From: Ramazzottius varieornatus
Lineage: Eukaryota > Animalia > Tardigrada
DNA: 64,000 nt
Direction: 5' to 3'
Assembly: GCA_001949185.1 (NCBI GenBank)
Contig: BDGG01000016.1
Span: forward strand, 918,777-982,776
A program made the translations under genes and the position numbers. This document shows positions 1 to 19,909 of this stretch, in pieces (the stretch's first letter is position 1; each line of letters starts with the position of its first letter). A model generated the notes under the pieces. It was not told the origin of the DNA, ran no database searches, and saw only the letters and a program-made list of their open reading frames with translations.

Positions 1-1685
1 CATTTAGGCCAGGCACGTGTACGAAATACAAAGCCGATCTGATTCTGACTGTTGGCTTTCTCTGTAGGCATTTCAAGCTGTTTTTCATAGGAAGATGGAT
101 GGGTGGAAAGGAAGATAAGGGAAGGAAGCCATAGCGCACCTGACAAGTGCGCAACCAGTGAGGGATGGAGGGGGAAAAGAAGGGCGGATTGGCGTGAGAA
201 GTTGAAGCTTCTCAGGCCGAAGGGAAGCTTGATGAAAGGAGAGTTGCATCAGAGGTGACATAAAGCGGACATAATCATATTACGCCACGTCCCCTTTTGT
301 CTTTCGTTACCTCGCAGACCGATTAACGGTCAAGCATTGGTATTTCACAGGAACAAGTGGAATGCAACGAGCACAAGTTTGGATTCAGCGTTGAGCATTA
401 AGAATATTACGTAGTAAGATGACCGGATCGTATCTGCTCCGAAGGCGAATAGTAGTACACGTACAGCTGAAAAGTCTATAGCCGTACGTAAATTACTTTT
501 CTAGTTTTTGCGACTCGTTGCTCGAACCAAGACCGACTACAATAGATACAGCTGTGTGTAGTTGGTCTTGGTCGACCTGACCTTTTCCCGAGAAGACAGC
601 ATACTACAAGGTCAAGACAGCCATTCCATCGGCAAAGGTCTCTTGTACAACATTACGAGTTTTTTATGTCTAGCGGCTTTGGGCTGATTAGAGCAACGTT
701 GCGTCCATTAAGGCGGCTACACTTGATTTCCAACTTCCTCAAATGCAACTGGCAATTAGCCGTCTTTGCATTTATGCCAGATTACGACCCTGAACACCTG
801 CGGAATGTCCATGGAACAAACAAACACGTCCAAGATGAAAACTTTGGTAACGTCCGCTATAGATTCTAGGTTCCCATAAAAAAAACCCTAATTTTTTCGT
901 GACCATTGATCACGTATTGCTTTCCAGACTTCCGGAGGACTGAAATGCTGTGAATATTCAACACGGTAAGGAGAAGCGCTTTACGTTCATTGCACGAACC
1001 AGTTATTTCGCTCTCTTAATAACGTTTGGCCGTTATTTCTTCGAGTGGGCAGTAGAGCACAAGACTACGCCATTAACAAAGAACAAAAGGGTGCATTTGC
1101 AGATCGCTTTGTTATACCCACACTTGTGTTATTGTTAGTGTCACCTCCTACTTCTGACAGATAAGAAGCAGTCATGCCAATATCGGATTTCTTTCTGGAA
1201 TGACGGATGAAATTTCTCTTCTTACGAAAATGGACGTTGAACCCGGCTACAACATGAAGAACTAATGACTGTACAACCAAGTCTTGGTACGACTCGCATT
1301 CTGGCTTCGCCCTCTTTTTGATGACCAATTTCTTCGTTTGGTTACTGCAGACACTCTTCCCACCATCCGAACAAGACAAAGAGACCGCAATGTCCGGATA
1401 AGATTTGGCTCAGGACATTTTGATGGGCGATTCGTTCTTTGCAGGAGCGGCAAGAGATGAACGAGAAAGAGACCTGAAAAGATGGTAATCAGCGACGGTT
1501 GTATCGTTTCGGGCGATGGCGCCATTGTTGAATTATTGTTGGAGGCTAATGACGAAATTCTAGTAGAGGTCATTGCATCGATAATTCACACACCCATCAT
1601 TTCACTCATCCTTTGTTCTTTTTCCCCCTATCTAACTCTATCCATATTTCGCATAACGGACGCGTATGAGCCAGAGTGGAAGCAT

Positions 1686-1796
1686 GGCAAGATCGTTGTC
1701 CCAAGTGGCGCACGTTTCCAGCCAATAACACCGACAATGTGCGTCACTTGGGGACCCAACGTCTTGAGTTTGTTTGCCAAGCTGAGCGAGCTCCCA
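1686..1796. mobile_element. Palindromic GTGGCGCAC-N25 element (MITE-like), host unknown
   Basis: CCAAGTGGCGCAC at 1701-1713, 25-nt spacer, GTGCGTCACTTGG at 1739-1751. Confidence 0.8.
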
Positions 1797-3457
1797 ACCA
1801 TTTTTTCGTACGCATCGGCGTCTTGTCTAATTACAGAGCGCTTTCGGGAATAGAAAGAAGAGATTCTTCGATCTTCCGAATATTAGTTTTCGGTGGAGTT
1901 GTGGCGAGTGCGGTCATTGACTGACCAATCCCTCTTCCTGGGTAATAACTCAGGCTTCCAAAGAGCGGCGCGACACAAAGGAAGAAGAAAGTGGTGGCTG
2001 CAAAGTGAGCAAGGATTACGATTTGGGTGGTGGTCACAAAGACAGAGAAGAATATTGCGTGGTTGGGAAAGGGCGAAGAGAATGTGGTGGACGCAACGGG
2101 AGACTGTTGCTTCTCCCTTGGTTTCTTTTCTTGATGAGGGGAAAGACATAAGAGGATAATGAGTCAAAGCTATCCTTTCCTTACGTCCCGATCCCACGCT
2201 TCTCCTCTTTTTGTCTTCCAATCAAAGCGGTATTGTCTGTTGATGCAACCATCTTTCAACAGTTGCACACCTTTCTTCCGCTGGACTCGTTCCCACAAAC
2301 TCGACTTTTCTGCCTTCTTTCTCGTAACAAGTACCGACTTGAAGACTTTGTCTTTCCGGAAATAGTTTCGATGGACAAGGCAGAAGCAGAAGTGAGTTCA
2401 TTCACCTCGCCCGAATGTAAGAATGCGCAGCTGTGACGGGGAGGCTATGTCGGTTATGGATCAGATGGTGCGGGATGGATGAAAGTGAAATAAGACATGG
2501 GCAACAGGCTGTTGCATGTGGTCGACACACTGGACAGTGGTCACTCAACTTTACGCTGACCCAACAAGCACACATTTCGCGCAAAGCCTTTCCTCCTTCC
2601 TTCCTCTCTTCCGCCATCCATCATTATAAGCTGCCCTCTTCTCTCTTCCTGCTCATTACTTAAATCCACAAAGCATATCGAGTTTGGCTGATCGGCCAAC
2701 GACCTCTTCTCTCCTTCCTGGTTCGATATGGATGCATAAGAATAGGCGGAATGACCAGCGGTCATTTTACAATATGCCTGCCTGTACATTAGAGAAGTTA
2801 CGGCCACTTTACGAAACTGTGATTTGGATTCTTTGGCTCTGTCATTCCTATGAATCGACCAGATGCATGCCATTGACTCGTTCCGCAGTCGCTTCGTCTT
2901 CCGAACCAGACCTTGTTTTCCCCCATGAACATCGTCTCATTTTAGAGCATTTTGGCTACCAAAATCTAGTCAAGAACCCGGAACAACTCATTCGTTTCGA
3001 AACACGAAAACCGTTTGCTTTTCTCAGTTGACATTTTATGGAACCAAAGTAAAGTTTCCACAGAACTCAATAACAGAGCCAATGAAAAAGGGCCGTTCAC
3101 ACAAGGTTGACTGGAGAATGGTCCAAATCGAGCAGAAGTATTAAGTGTACTCTTGCTGATGAGCAACAAAGGGAATAAATAAAACAGAATAGGGAAAACA
3201 CAACAAGGAAAAACAACAACGGACCACGCGGAAAACGCACTTGGCCGCGAAGGGAAATTATTTACCTAAAGCTCTTAACAAAACAGAAAAGAAGGATCTT
3301 CAGTCCTTCAATAATAATAGCAGTACAAAGAACTGCGCGTAAAAATTCAAAACGGGAATCTGATCAAAAAGCAATGGCAGACTAAGCTGCTCTTGAATTT
3401 AACCGACAATTTACAATTCGAACGAAGAACGTTCTACTATTACTTCGGGTTCTCCTT

Positions 3458-6400
3458 TTACTGGTACCCAGAACGGGAAAGGATGGCCGGGTCAGCCAGG
3501 CTCATGTTGGGATCGATCTTCTGGATCATGATGGGCGCGTACGGCGCATCTTGGCGAACTCTGATTCGCCCATCTTTAACGAGTTCTACAAGTGAGAAAA
3601 CAACACGGAGAGTTTAGTGAATCACTTTGGGCGGAGAATTGTATCAGGAACTACATAGTATCAATGGTCCGTGGTTGTAGCAGGAAGTTATGAACTCACG
3701 GAGCATGAAGGTGAAGCAGCGCGCCACCTTCTTGCGCGAGTTGCCGTCCATGATCTTCTCGAACGATACTTCTTCCACCTCCGTAGCGTACTTGAACTTC
3801 TCAAAGCGCCTGTAAGACAAACGGAGGAATTGCTTTTCCATTTGGAAACTCGGCGAACAGACCCTACAAGACCGTATCACCCAAGTGGCGCACAGTCTCA
3901 GCCAGCAGCATCGAGATGTGCGTCACTTGGGACAACAAGCAAGACCGACCGACCGTTTTTCCCAGTGGCGCACATTCCCAGCCGATAACTCTAAAAAAGT
4001 GCGCCACGCAGGAAAAGTGATTTTGTCAAGTTTATTGAGAGCTTCTAATTTGCTGGTTTGTAATTGAAGTTTTTACAGTTCGAAATAGTCAGCGGCTTCC
4101 AACAGCTTCTCCACTTTCTCATCGGGCCGTAGTTCGCGGCGTCGACGTTTGGCAGCTGGCTCTTGCACTTCTTCCTCGCTGACTTGAGCAACCGCTAAAA
4201 CATAGAAAATTTTGGTCAGCAACTTCTAACTTCTCCGCGGATCTCAAACCTCCGTTTCACAAATAGAAGGCGTGCGAAAAGGAGATCGGTAAAGTTTACT
4301 TCTCAAGTGGCGCACGTATACGTAGCTATTGGCCAAGAGCGTGCGCCACTTGGGATAACGATCTTGTCGAGTTTTGTTTGACGGTCTCTCAGTTTCGAGA
4401 TTTTCGTACATTGTATTTTATGGAAAGAAAGCGGGTAACATACCTTGAGGTGCCGCCGGCTGTTCGGATCCAACAGTGACGTTTGCTTGATGGAAGGAAG
4501 GCTCGTCCGCACTAAACTCCAGCTGCGGAACGATGAGTTCGTTTGTCGTGCCGCCCGTGCGGCGTTTCTCCGTTGTACGAACTGTTCTCTCTGGAGACTT
4601 GACTGCTTCCGGTTCTACACCTACAGCACCAAAATCTGTTCATTCAGGCGTTAGCTTCGCGCAATAAACAGCTACGGGAAGTCCGGTAAGGTGTCCGTGA
4701 AAGAATTCCAAAACGCAGAATATAAATCGAACTGTCTTAGTGATCGATTCTTCAAATTCTTTCACAGAAATGGTCACAAGAACGTTGGAGAAACCTTCCC
4801 TTACCCGGAGCGAGAACTGCTCGTGCGTTGCGAGGGACGTCCGGTTCTGGTGCAGCTGGGGCACACCAGCCAAAGGGGTCTTCATCGTCTTCCAACGACA
4901 GGCGATCCAGGTCTTTGAATACCTGGGCGCTATCCTTGAAATGTCTGTGCTTGACGTCCTGCAAGAACTTCCCGTAGGAAGTGTCGCCTGCGGGAAAACC
5001 CGAAGGTTTACTCCTTGTCATTCGTGCTTTTCACGCAACGACAGTTTCATTTTATATCCGTGTTTCTCACAAGTTTTATTTTTCACTCTTTCAGGAAAAA
5101 CTTGTCTGCAAGATGACTGAAAGACTTGCCGGTTGTGTAGACGAGCTTCTCCCTGTGAGCTTGTTGGGCCTTGGCGATGGCTTGTCGAGGATCTTCCTGC
5201 AAAGAAACACCCACGATAACTTTAACTAGCACAAAGGATATCGGAAATAAAGTTTTGCGGTAAGTGACCGTGAGAATTGGATTGAAGAAGAACTTACTCG
5301 AGGTTTCGTCCCAATGAACTTATCGGCGAGCTGCAGTTTCATCTGGTCTTTGGATATCTGCGTTTTTAGGTCGACGATGGGACCTCGGCGTCGTCCACCT
5401 CGTCGACCCCGACCGCGGTTCGCCGGAGGCTGCATCGCTCCGGGCTGATGTCGGGTAAGATCTTCAACATTCACTTCTGGCTGAAGATACAAGTGAAACT
5501 TTTGTCCGTGCAAAACATAAAACTAACAGATTCGATGGATTGGAATGTAGAAAACGTGATTTTACCTGCTGTTGTCCTTCCGCCTGGACGACTTCCGGTC
5601 CGCGTTCTTTTTCACCTGGAACATCCTGTCGAATCACGACGGGAGCTGGCAAATCTTGTGGAGGGACGTCAACGGGGATGTCGAGGTTACTTCCTCCTAG
5701 TCCCTGAGACTGGTCCGGCAGAGTCTGTTCAGCGTCCTTGCGAAGCTTGTCAAGCTCGTCATCCGCGAAAGGGTCGACGTAAGCCCCACCGAACTCGTCA
5801 AAGGCCGGACCTTTTCCCTGATCCTGTAACGAACCAGCACGACTTTAACACGGAAGAACTCAGTGAAAAGAATTTCATTTTGGGAAAACCGAAAGGAAGA
5901 GAGGACGTCGGCAAATGAGTGTATCAAGATTATTTGATCAAGTGGCGCACACCCTTAGCCAGTGGCACCAGAAACGTACGTCACTTAGGATAACAGTCCG
6001 GGTATAACCATTTCTCAACGTCTCCGTTGTAACATCTGGGATGTATCATACCTCGAGGAACTTTTCCATAATGGGGTCGATCACCAGGATTGCTCCGGGC
6101 AGGGTGATATCTTCGGGACGCGCCATGTTGTTCTGCAAGAGAGTGTGAAGGTCGTCCTGCTCGATTTCTTCCATCACCTCCTCGAACATAGCGTTGTGGT
6201 CCCAGTCCGCAGTCATGCTCAAGGCGTTGGCGCCCTTCATCGTTAACACGGCTTTCATCTTCTCCTTTCTGAAGAGCACGACACAACAGATTCTCTTAGA
6301 TTATTTTTTCTGCTTATTTTGACGGTGAACTGCTGGAAGTAAAGAGAAACCATACGGTTTGGTCTTCATGTTGATAACATGAGCCTTGGCCGAGCGGGCA

Positions 6401-7147
6401 TTCGCCATCTTCTTCCGAAGATCTTGCGCATCATCTGCAAAGGAAACAAACTGGCATCGGATCAGTTCTGAGAGTACAGGATTCTAATGAAAGGAAATGC
6501 TTACGGAGTAGGTAGGTGGTTTGACGTTGGAGGATGATGGTGGCTCCCAAAAGAAGAGATGCGCGGACAGGCAAGGCGAACTTACCGATGTGCGTCTCCA
6601 AATCCTCGCTGCAAGTAACGTTTTGATCACGGGGTGGTTTTATCAACATCAGAACGCAGCATGCGCGGTCAACAGAATATTTTCAGAAGCACAGTCTCAG
6701 AAGACAGAAAAGAAGTTGCCCTACCAGACGACCAGGATCTTGGTGCTCAGAATCTTCTTCTTGCTGACTTTCTTCGAGGAGTGTCCGACGATCCTGCAGC
6801 ACAAACAGCAGTCGTATCTGGCACGAAGAAAACCGCGTGCGAGCTATCAAAACAGACGATATTTTGCTCGAAGATCTTCACTAAAGAGCTAGAAGTATCT
6901 TCGACAGTCAAATCGAGAATGTAAGTCTTGGAAGGTTTTGGTAAAAAGAGGACAGCTGCAGCTTCCAGTTGAATAGCGCGGAAGTACAAATACTCTGCCT
7001 ACTTTTTGCCCATCTACAATTCTCGAAGTCAGACACAAAGGAAGTCTGTAAGGTTTGATCTTCTAGACAAATTCAGGCTAAGAAATGTTCTTACCAAACT
7101 GTTCCCAGAGGTCCTGTTTTCCCCAGGATCCCCGCGTGGTAAAACAT
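3458..7147 (-). CDS. Alpha-kleisin cohesin subunit, REC8/RAD21 family (REC8-like), multi-exon
   Basis: Exon 1 MFYHAGILGKTGPLGTVW (7147-7095, then GTAAG). Later exons give IVGHSSKKVSKKKIL and FALPVRASLLLGATIILQRQTTYLL (kleisin N-terminal domain), central RRRGPIVDLKTQISKDQMKLQL, and C-terminal winged helix NSRKKVARCFTFML|ELVKDGRIRVRQDAPYAPIMI. Stop TAA at 3460-3458. Confidence 0.88.
3844..4046. mobile_element. Palindromic element, two tandem cores, kleisin intron
   Basis: Cores at 3881 (24-nt spacer) and 3961 (25-nt spacer). Confidence 0.8.
4281..4390. mobile_element. Palindromic element, kleisin intron
   Basis: CAAGTGGCGCAC at 4304-4315, N25, GTGCGCCACTTG at 4341-4352. Confidence 0.8.
5903..6025. 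mobile_element. Palindromic element, kleisin intron
   Basis: GGACGTCGGCAAA end. Core at 5939-5987 with N25. Confidence 0.75.
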
Positions 7148-8021
7148 GGCTGAAAGCTCTAAACAGGGTGCGTTGCTTCTTCAAGTCTGATCCCGTTCCT
7201 CGTTTCGATCTTCCTGAAAGGATAAAAATACAGGAGATACGCGTAAATATTCAGCACGAAGGGATCGGCCGGATTTCCAATCAGGTTCCGAAAGGACGCT
7301 GCTTTAGGAAGTCTGTAACTGCAGTAACCCGCGCTTCCGTTGAAGGCTTCTTGGAGTACAAAATAGCAAAGAAAGAAACAGAACGAAGCTAACCCAAATT
7401 CGCAAACCAGAAGTGCCACTGAACTCTGGAGAGCGGACTCTGGGCATTTCAGTGAAACCTTCTTTTTCACCGGGTGGAAACGATTAGAGATGTGGGAAGG
7501 ACGTGCACTAATTTACTAAAGAAGGCAGCACCGGCAAATGGGCAAACCTGGATGCAACCGCATCTGATGAACATATCAATCAGACAACCGTACGTCTGAT
7601 CAATCAAGTTCCACAAGACTGCTCACGTTGAACGGGTCGGTAGGAAATCAATGGGGTTGAATGGTTTGACAGCTTTGGGTTGATCGCTGGTGCGGGCCGT
7701 GCCAGACTGCGGCTGCCGAGACGCAGCATCGCATAGGATCGGACGCATGCATCGATATCATTCATCATCACCATCGCAGTTCCTCTTCTCCATCTGGCTG
7801 GGTACTGCACTTGTTATATCATCATCGGAAAACGTTGCTGCATCTTTCTGGGCCAGGCTTTTGTTTATATGTTGGAATTTTAGATGGAACTTGTTGGAGG
7901 GATGGAAAAAGCACCATTGAGCTTTGCATATAGACTCGTCCGACGAAAGCCCGTGGTATGATGATATACTCCTAGACCACTATCTTCCTGCAGCTCGGCG
8001 CTCCAACCTCGCTCTTACGTA

Positions 8022-14431
<6,410 letters not shown>

Positions 14432-15304
14432 TCAGAGGAACCTTCCAGACAACTCTCTCGTGCTCAACACGCACTTCTCATTCTCAAACTCGCGAGAAAA
14501 TACAAAAAGACAGGAGCACGACCCAGTCGAATCTCAAAATACGCGCCATTCTGACATAACACACATTGACATGTCATACGTCATGTTGTCATGTCATGCA
14601 AGGTATTCGCTGAGTGCTGATTAATTTTTTGAATGAGTCTATGTTTCGTGACATGTCATATGACGTGACATGGTGTCCTGTCATGTAATCCTTGCCGCGC
14701 TTCTTCGGACAGCAAAAGGAAAAGAAACGTTCGTGGGTCCTGACTCGATGTCTTTTTTCTCTCTTTCTCATCCCCGGTCACTGTATGATTTTTGTGATCT
14801 AGAAAAGAATGTTTTGTAAGAGTCGGGATGCATGGAAAGAAGAATGTCTTTTTGTTTTTACGTTTTTGTTGCCTATGTTGTATACCACGGCTAGATTTCT
14901 ATTGCCATTTATACTGTAGTACCTCGTTTTCTCCCGGTGGCAATTATTGTGACGGATGACAGACCTCCTTTGGGCACTTTAGCCTGGTTTTTATATTTTA
15001 GGATTTTACGTTTTCATGAGAATGATTGCAGTCTCTTTTTATCCTTGCTCGTATATTCTGAATTTTCCAGTGTTAGCCGGAAACTCTGGTCTGTAATTCA
15101 TAAATTTTGTTGTGATAACGTCGAGAAGGCATCTCACTTAACGCATAAGCGAAAGGAGCAAATTCCAGTATCGAAACCTGATCAAAGAACAAAGAAAAAA
15201 TACGACGAGATTTTGAGAGGAAGTAATCTGGATGAAGCGAAGGCAGCTTAAGCGATTCAGAAGGCACCGAAAACATCCATGAGTAACAAAAAGTACTTCC
15301 CAGT

Positions 15305-18005
15305 TTACTGAGAAGTTAGGATATTCAGCTGTTCTAGCCTGTCAATGTCCGAAGTATCCAGAGGCTTGATTTCTCGTTCTGCAGAGTTAAGTTTGCGAGT
15401 TCAATCAGGTGATCAGAAAGTAAGATGTAGATCAGGAGGAATATCGTACTGAAATGGTTTTGGAATGCTTTGATCGTTTCGTAGTCCTTCTTGTCTTTGA
15501 CGAAGTTGATGGCTAAGCCTCCTCGCCCAAACCGACCGGTTCTTCCGATTCGATGAATATAAGTCTCGTAATCTGGTAGCCAGTTTGTTCTCATCGGCAG
15601 GTCGAAGTTGACCACCATATTTATGGACAATACGTCAATACCTAGAGAATAACATTCCTATCAGCTCTGTTTTTGGTGAGAACCAACATTTCTTCAGCGG
15701 TACCTCGAGCGGAGACATTCGTAGTGATGAGTAAACGGTCCTGGCCTTTCCGGAACCTCGCGATCGCTTCAGAACGATCCTGAATGTCCATATCACCCGC
15801 CAGTATTCCCATCGGATGACCGTCCACTTTCAACGTATCGTATATCCGGTGCGCCATTTCTTTACTCTAAAAATAATCGAAAGTCAGAACTGTCCATCAG
15901 TCAAACGACTAGGGACGTCGGCAAATTGTTTCACCCGAAACTGTCTCTCAAGTGGCGCACGCTAATATCGCTATTGGCAGAAAGCATGCGCCACTTGGGA
16001 AAACGATCAGGCACAATCCACCTTCCGACGCCCCACTTGGTTTCGATCTTTCGAAAATGCTGGAAAGAAGGGACTTACGCGGCAGAAGACGATGGCGTTA
16101 TCGACTGTGATGGCTCCATACAGTGCTCGCAAGGACTTGAGCTTGTCGTCATCGTTATTCACCGTGACAAAATACTGGTGAATGTTCTCCAAGCTAAGTT
16201 CTTCGGTCTTGACCGTGATCAGCTCGGGTTCCTTGATGATCTTCTTGGCGAACTCCATTACTTTCGGGTTGTAGGTCGCGGAAAAGAGCGCTGTCTGTGT
16301 GTTCCCTTGGTCCATCATTCTATCGGAGGGACCAAGAGCTGTATTGCTTGACCTGGTGAAAAACAAGGAAGCCTTACTTGTAAATTCTGACAGACTGATC
16401 TTGGTGGCTTTCTTCGGCGATCATGACGTCGGCTTCGTCCAGGATGAAAATCTTGATGAGCTTCGGGTCAAAGTACTTGAACTTGGTAGCCCAATCCAAG
16501 ACTGTGCCGGGCGTCCCCACGATGATGTGCTCTCGCGGTTTACTTCCGGGTGCCGCTAAAAAAAGACACTTGGTCAGTCTAACCTCCAGAACAAATGCAC
16601 ATTCGTTCCAGTTGCAAGGGAAGGAACCTTCTGGATAAAAGTCGTCAAACTTACGTCTGGATCCACGAACCGCCTCTATGACTGTAACGTCCACAGAGTC
16701 GTTGACGATGTTCCGAATGACCATGGCGGTCTGCTGTGCCAATTCGTACGTCGGCTCTAAGACGAGGGCCTGAAAAGACGCCAAGACCTCATCATGGCAA
16801 ACCAATAATTAAGACACGCGTGGGGGAGATGTTGACAGCTGGCGGAGCGAACCCGCACATGAACACTAAACGGGATATCGGCAAATGAATTGAACTCAGT
16901 CGTTGTCTGAAGTGGTGCACGTTTCCGATGTTTTTGGCTAGAGGAGTGCGTCACTCGGGAAAACGATCAAGTTCAAGTACATATCTCGCAATTTCTGACC
17001 GATCACGAACAGTTCTCCCATTTCATTCCGTATCCTATATTTTTCTCAGAGACTGCTAGAGTTCAAACGAAAGGAAAAACGTAGCGAACCTGGGGATGGT
17101 TCAGATCCGCATTGATTTGTTTCAGGATCCCGATGACAAAACTGATGGTCTTTCCTGTACCACTTTGCGACTGGGCGATCAGGTTCTTCCCTCTACAAGA
17201 TACAGATTCATCGTCTGAGGGATGTTTATGGACAGGCCATGTTTACTCGCCTCGAACTGTAGAAGAACATCTGGACGACACACTTACTTAAACAGAAAAT
17301 CCAGCGCGACAGACTGGATGAGTGTCGGAGTGTCGAAGCCGCTCATAATCAGCCCACGTTCGATCGGTCCCGGTCTACAAGATATATGAAACAAGAACAT
17401 CGACGAAGGCTTCAGTAGCACTGTATCTAAACCTACACTTTGAGCTCAGCCCATGTTGTTTTGGGATGAATTAGGCGGTTGGTTTGTTCGTTAATCTGGA
17501 GACGGCTGGCATCGACTGCCTGCAGCTTTGCTTGCTGCAGCAACTTGGCCAATGCCTCAGCTTCTCGTGGACGTCCATCAGTCTCTTTACCTGCAATAAA
17601 AAAAAGAAAAGCAATGTTCATGTTTCGCAATAAACCCAGAAACCGTAAGAAGACCGGAAGTATGGCGATAAATCATCATCGTACAATTCAGGAAAATCTA
17701 CGAAAGAGGTGGAACAAAACGGGTGCGATCATAACGAGACATCCATCCGCATACTGCACCCAATGGAAGCTGTACGGACTGTGCTGCGGTGACGTCACTG
17801 CGGTGGCTACGCACGTTGCATGGACGACCAATCACACGATTTAGAAAACCAAGTTGTTACACTAGTTTTTACCGGGACTATTGGCCGAGGAAAAAGGTCT
17901 GGTATCCCCTTCACGGATCGCCGGACTGGCTAAAGGCGCTGGAGACATCTCAGAGTTGTTGGCCACTTCTTTCTGTAAAGAAACATTATTTAGAACCTCC
18001 ATCAT
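15305..18005 (-). CDS. DEAD-box RNA helicase DDX19/Dbp5 family, paralog A
   Basis: [72 protein letters not shown]. Start (MMEVLNN at 18005) is tentative. Confidence 0.9.
15912..16034. mobile_element. Palindromic element, DDX19-A intron
   Basis: GGGACGTCGG...CCGACGCCCC ends. Core at 15949-15998 with N25. Confidence 0.85.
16872..16975. mobile_element. Palindromic element, DDX19-A intron
   Basis: GGGATATCGGCAAA end. Core AAGTGGTGCAC-N25-GTGCGTCACT. Confidence 0.75.
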
Positions 18006-19074
18006 ATCATGAAAAATGATGGAAAGAAACCACAACAACGGGGAAATGAAGATGCTCAACGAACAACAGCTTGCAGAAATTGTTGTGGGGAATGATCGGG
18101 CGCAGGAGCGGACGGAGGACGAGGTTCTGGCTTGGTAGCTCCAGCCGCAGCCCACAGAGTTTGACCAAGCATTCTCGTAGCAGCTTCATCGAAACGCGGT
18201 CGCGATGCAGACATCTTTCTGTCTGGTCTTGTCTGGTGCCTCTCAGTGCGACACGCCTAGAAAACGGTTAACGACAAGATAAGATTAACTTCGATGTTGT
18301 GACATAAACACGAAACACAAACATAACTTCAGGCTAAGAAAAGCACTGGGTCAAGGTGTGCGGTCTAATCGCGCTGTGGAAGAATCTCACCTTAGGGACT
18401 ACCCGGACTAGGGAGGAAAGAAGGTCCGGTTGTGAATGTAGGACGAAGTATCCCGCAGGAACGTCAGCGTCAATCCCGGAGAGCCTATAGGTTCACGTAC
18501 GGCAGCAACGAGACACGGTTAGTCTTGGCCTGCTTGAATATTATGGGTAATCCAGATTTCAACCCACAATTGCAACATCGGGAAATCTTCTGATTTCTGA
18601 AAGAATGAAGAATGCAGAATGGAGTTCGAATCACACAGCGCACTTCCGGTTCCGGCACCAAAAGTCCAGAACTGAAATGAAGCTTGGGCGGAACGGCTGC
18701 TTGTCCTGGCCTCGGCCGCCGGCCTAGTGCTAAAAAGCCGCTACGTCGATGTCCGTTGTCAGCGGGTGATTTCGGAATGAACGAATGACGGAACGGATAA
18801 ATGAGTGAAGCTGGACTCTCCGACTCGGATCCCTCCTTCATTCTTTCTCCCAAGTCCTAACAAGTCCCCGATCTTCATCGGTGTTGGACGTCTCTTCTGG
18901 ATCTTCTGCATCATCTTCTGATACAACAGCGACGCAAGGGAGCTCGGAGCTCTTGGACGTCTGTGCTACGTCGCCCATCACAGCTTACTCCTTAAGTCTC
19001 GTTTCGTCATTCCGGACCATAGCTTTGTGACTGGACTCCTGCCTACTACTTCCGAAAGCTACGTCGACCACACG

Positions 19075-19909
19075 ATGAGGCTGACATTGCTCCTGTTCGG
19101 TAGACCTTGTAAGCCAAACACAAGGCCAAAAGTTCCACCAAAGGAGAGATTCTTTACCCAACTGCCGAACTTTCGCATCTCATCGGTACGTGCCTCGCAT
19201 TCCTTTATTTGACACTTTTGACTTCTGCACAGGCAATCCCATCGGATTCCCATAACCTCCCGACGGGTGATGCTTAACAGTCTATGCTGTCATTTTCACA
19301 GGTACAAAGCCGTCGATCATGGAACTGTTGGAGGGTTTCACTGTCGTACGTCGAACGAGCCTTGCTGTACTCTGCATTGGCTAGACACAACAGATCCTTG
19401 ATGACCAAAAGGGTACCATAAATCCCCATGATATTCCACATGTTTCTTCTTACCATGCTTTACCGTTACGACTTGCATGCTCTGGTGATTTCAGCTGCGC
19501 ATTGCTCGTCTGGAAGGAGCACTGGCGCCTTTCGGCCTTGAATACCCTGATTTATTCAATAATTTAGCCAAGGTAAGTCGGGTTGATGCTGAGTATTTTG
19601 AAAATTCCTCCTGCTCAATCAGGCTCAAGTTGTCCTTTGTCGCCAGATGAACGTCCTCCTCAACCGGAAGGTCTTGTCGGAAATGGCTGTCTGGGAGCCA
19701 CGGACGTTCAAGGTGAACTTTGAAAACCGTCTGCACCAGTCGGGAATTTTGAAATGATATCGAGATTGTGTTTTTGCGTTATTTCGTAGTCCATTACAAC
19801 ACTTGTGCAGAAGCAGCGAGAAATCGACGGTGAAGCGTCTGACAAGGACCGAGCAATGCGATTGCATCCTGTAGATTCAGTCCTCGGCAAGAACTACCTT
19901 CGCTCATAA
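19075..19909 (+). CDS. MRPL20: Mitochondrial ribosomal protein L20 (bL20m), multi-exon
   Basis: Spliced translation contains NCWRVSLSYVERALLYS, RIARLEGALAPFGLEYPDLFNNLAK and LNRKVLSEMAVWEPRTFKSI, matching the L20 LNRKVLxxLAxxEPxTF signature. Confidence 0.85.

Noticed and set aside
1065-2221. Minus-strand ORFs at 1065-1379, 1262-1573 and 1831-2037 as a gene
   Set aside because: No recognisable motifs or convincing exon chain. They may be UTR or intron of a gene outside the window.
3881-4010. CRISPR-like repeat-spacer array
   Set aside because: At most two units per locus, the spacers share a consensus, the context is eukaryotic introns, and no cas genes are present.
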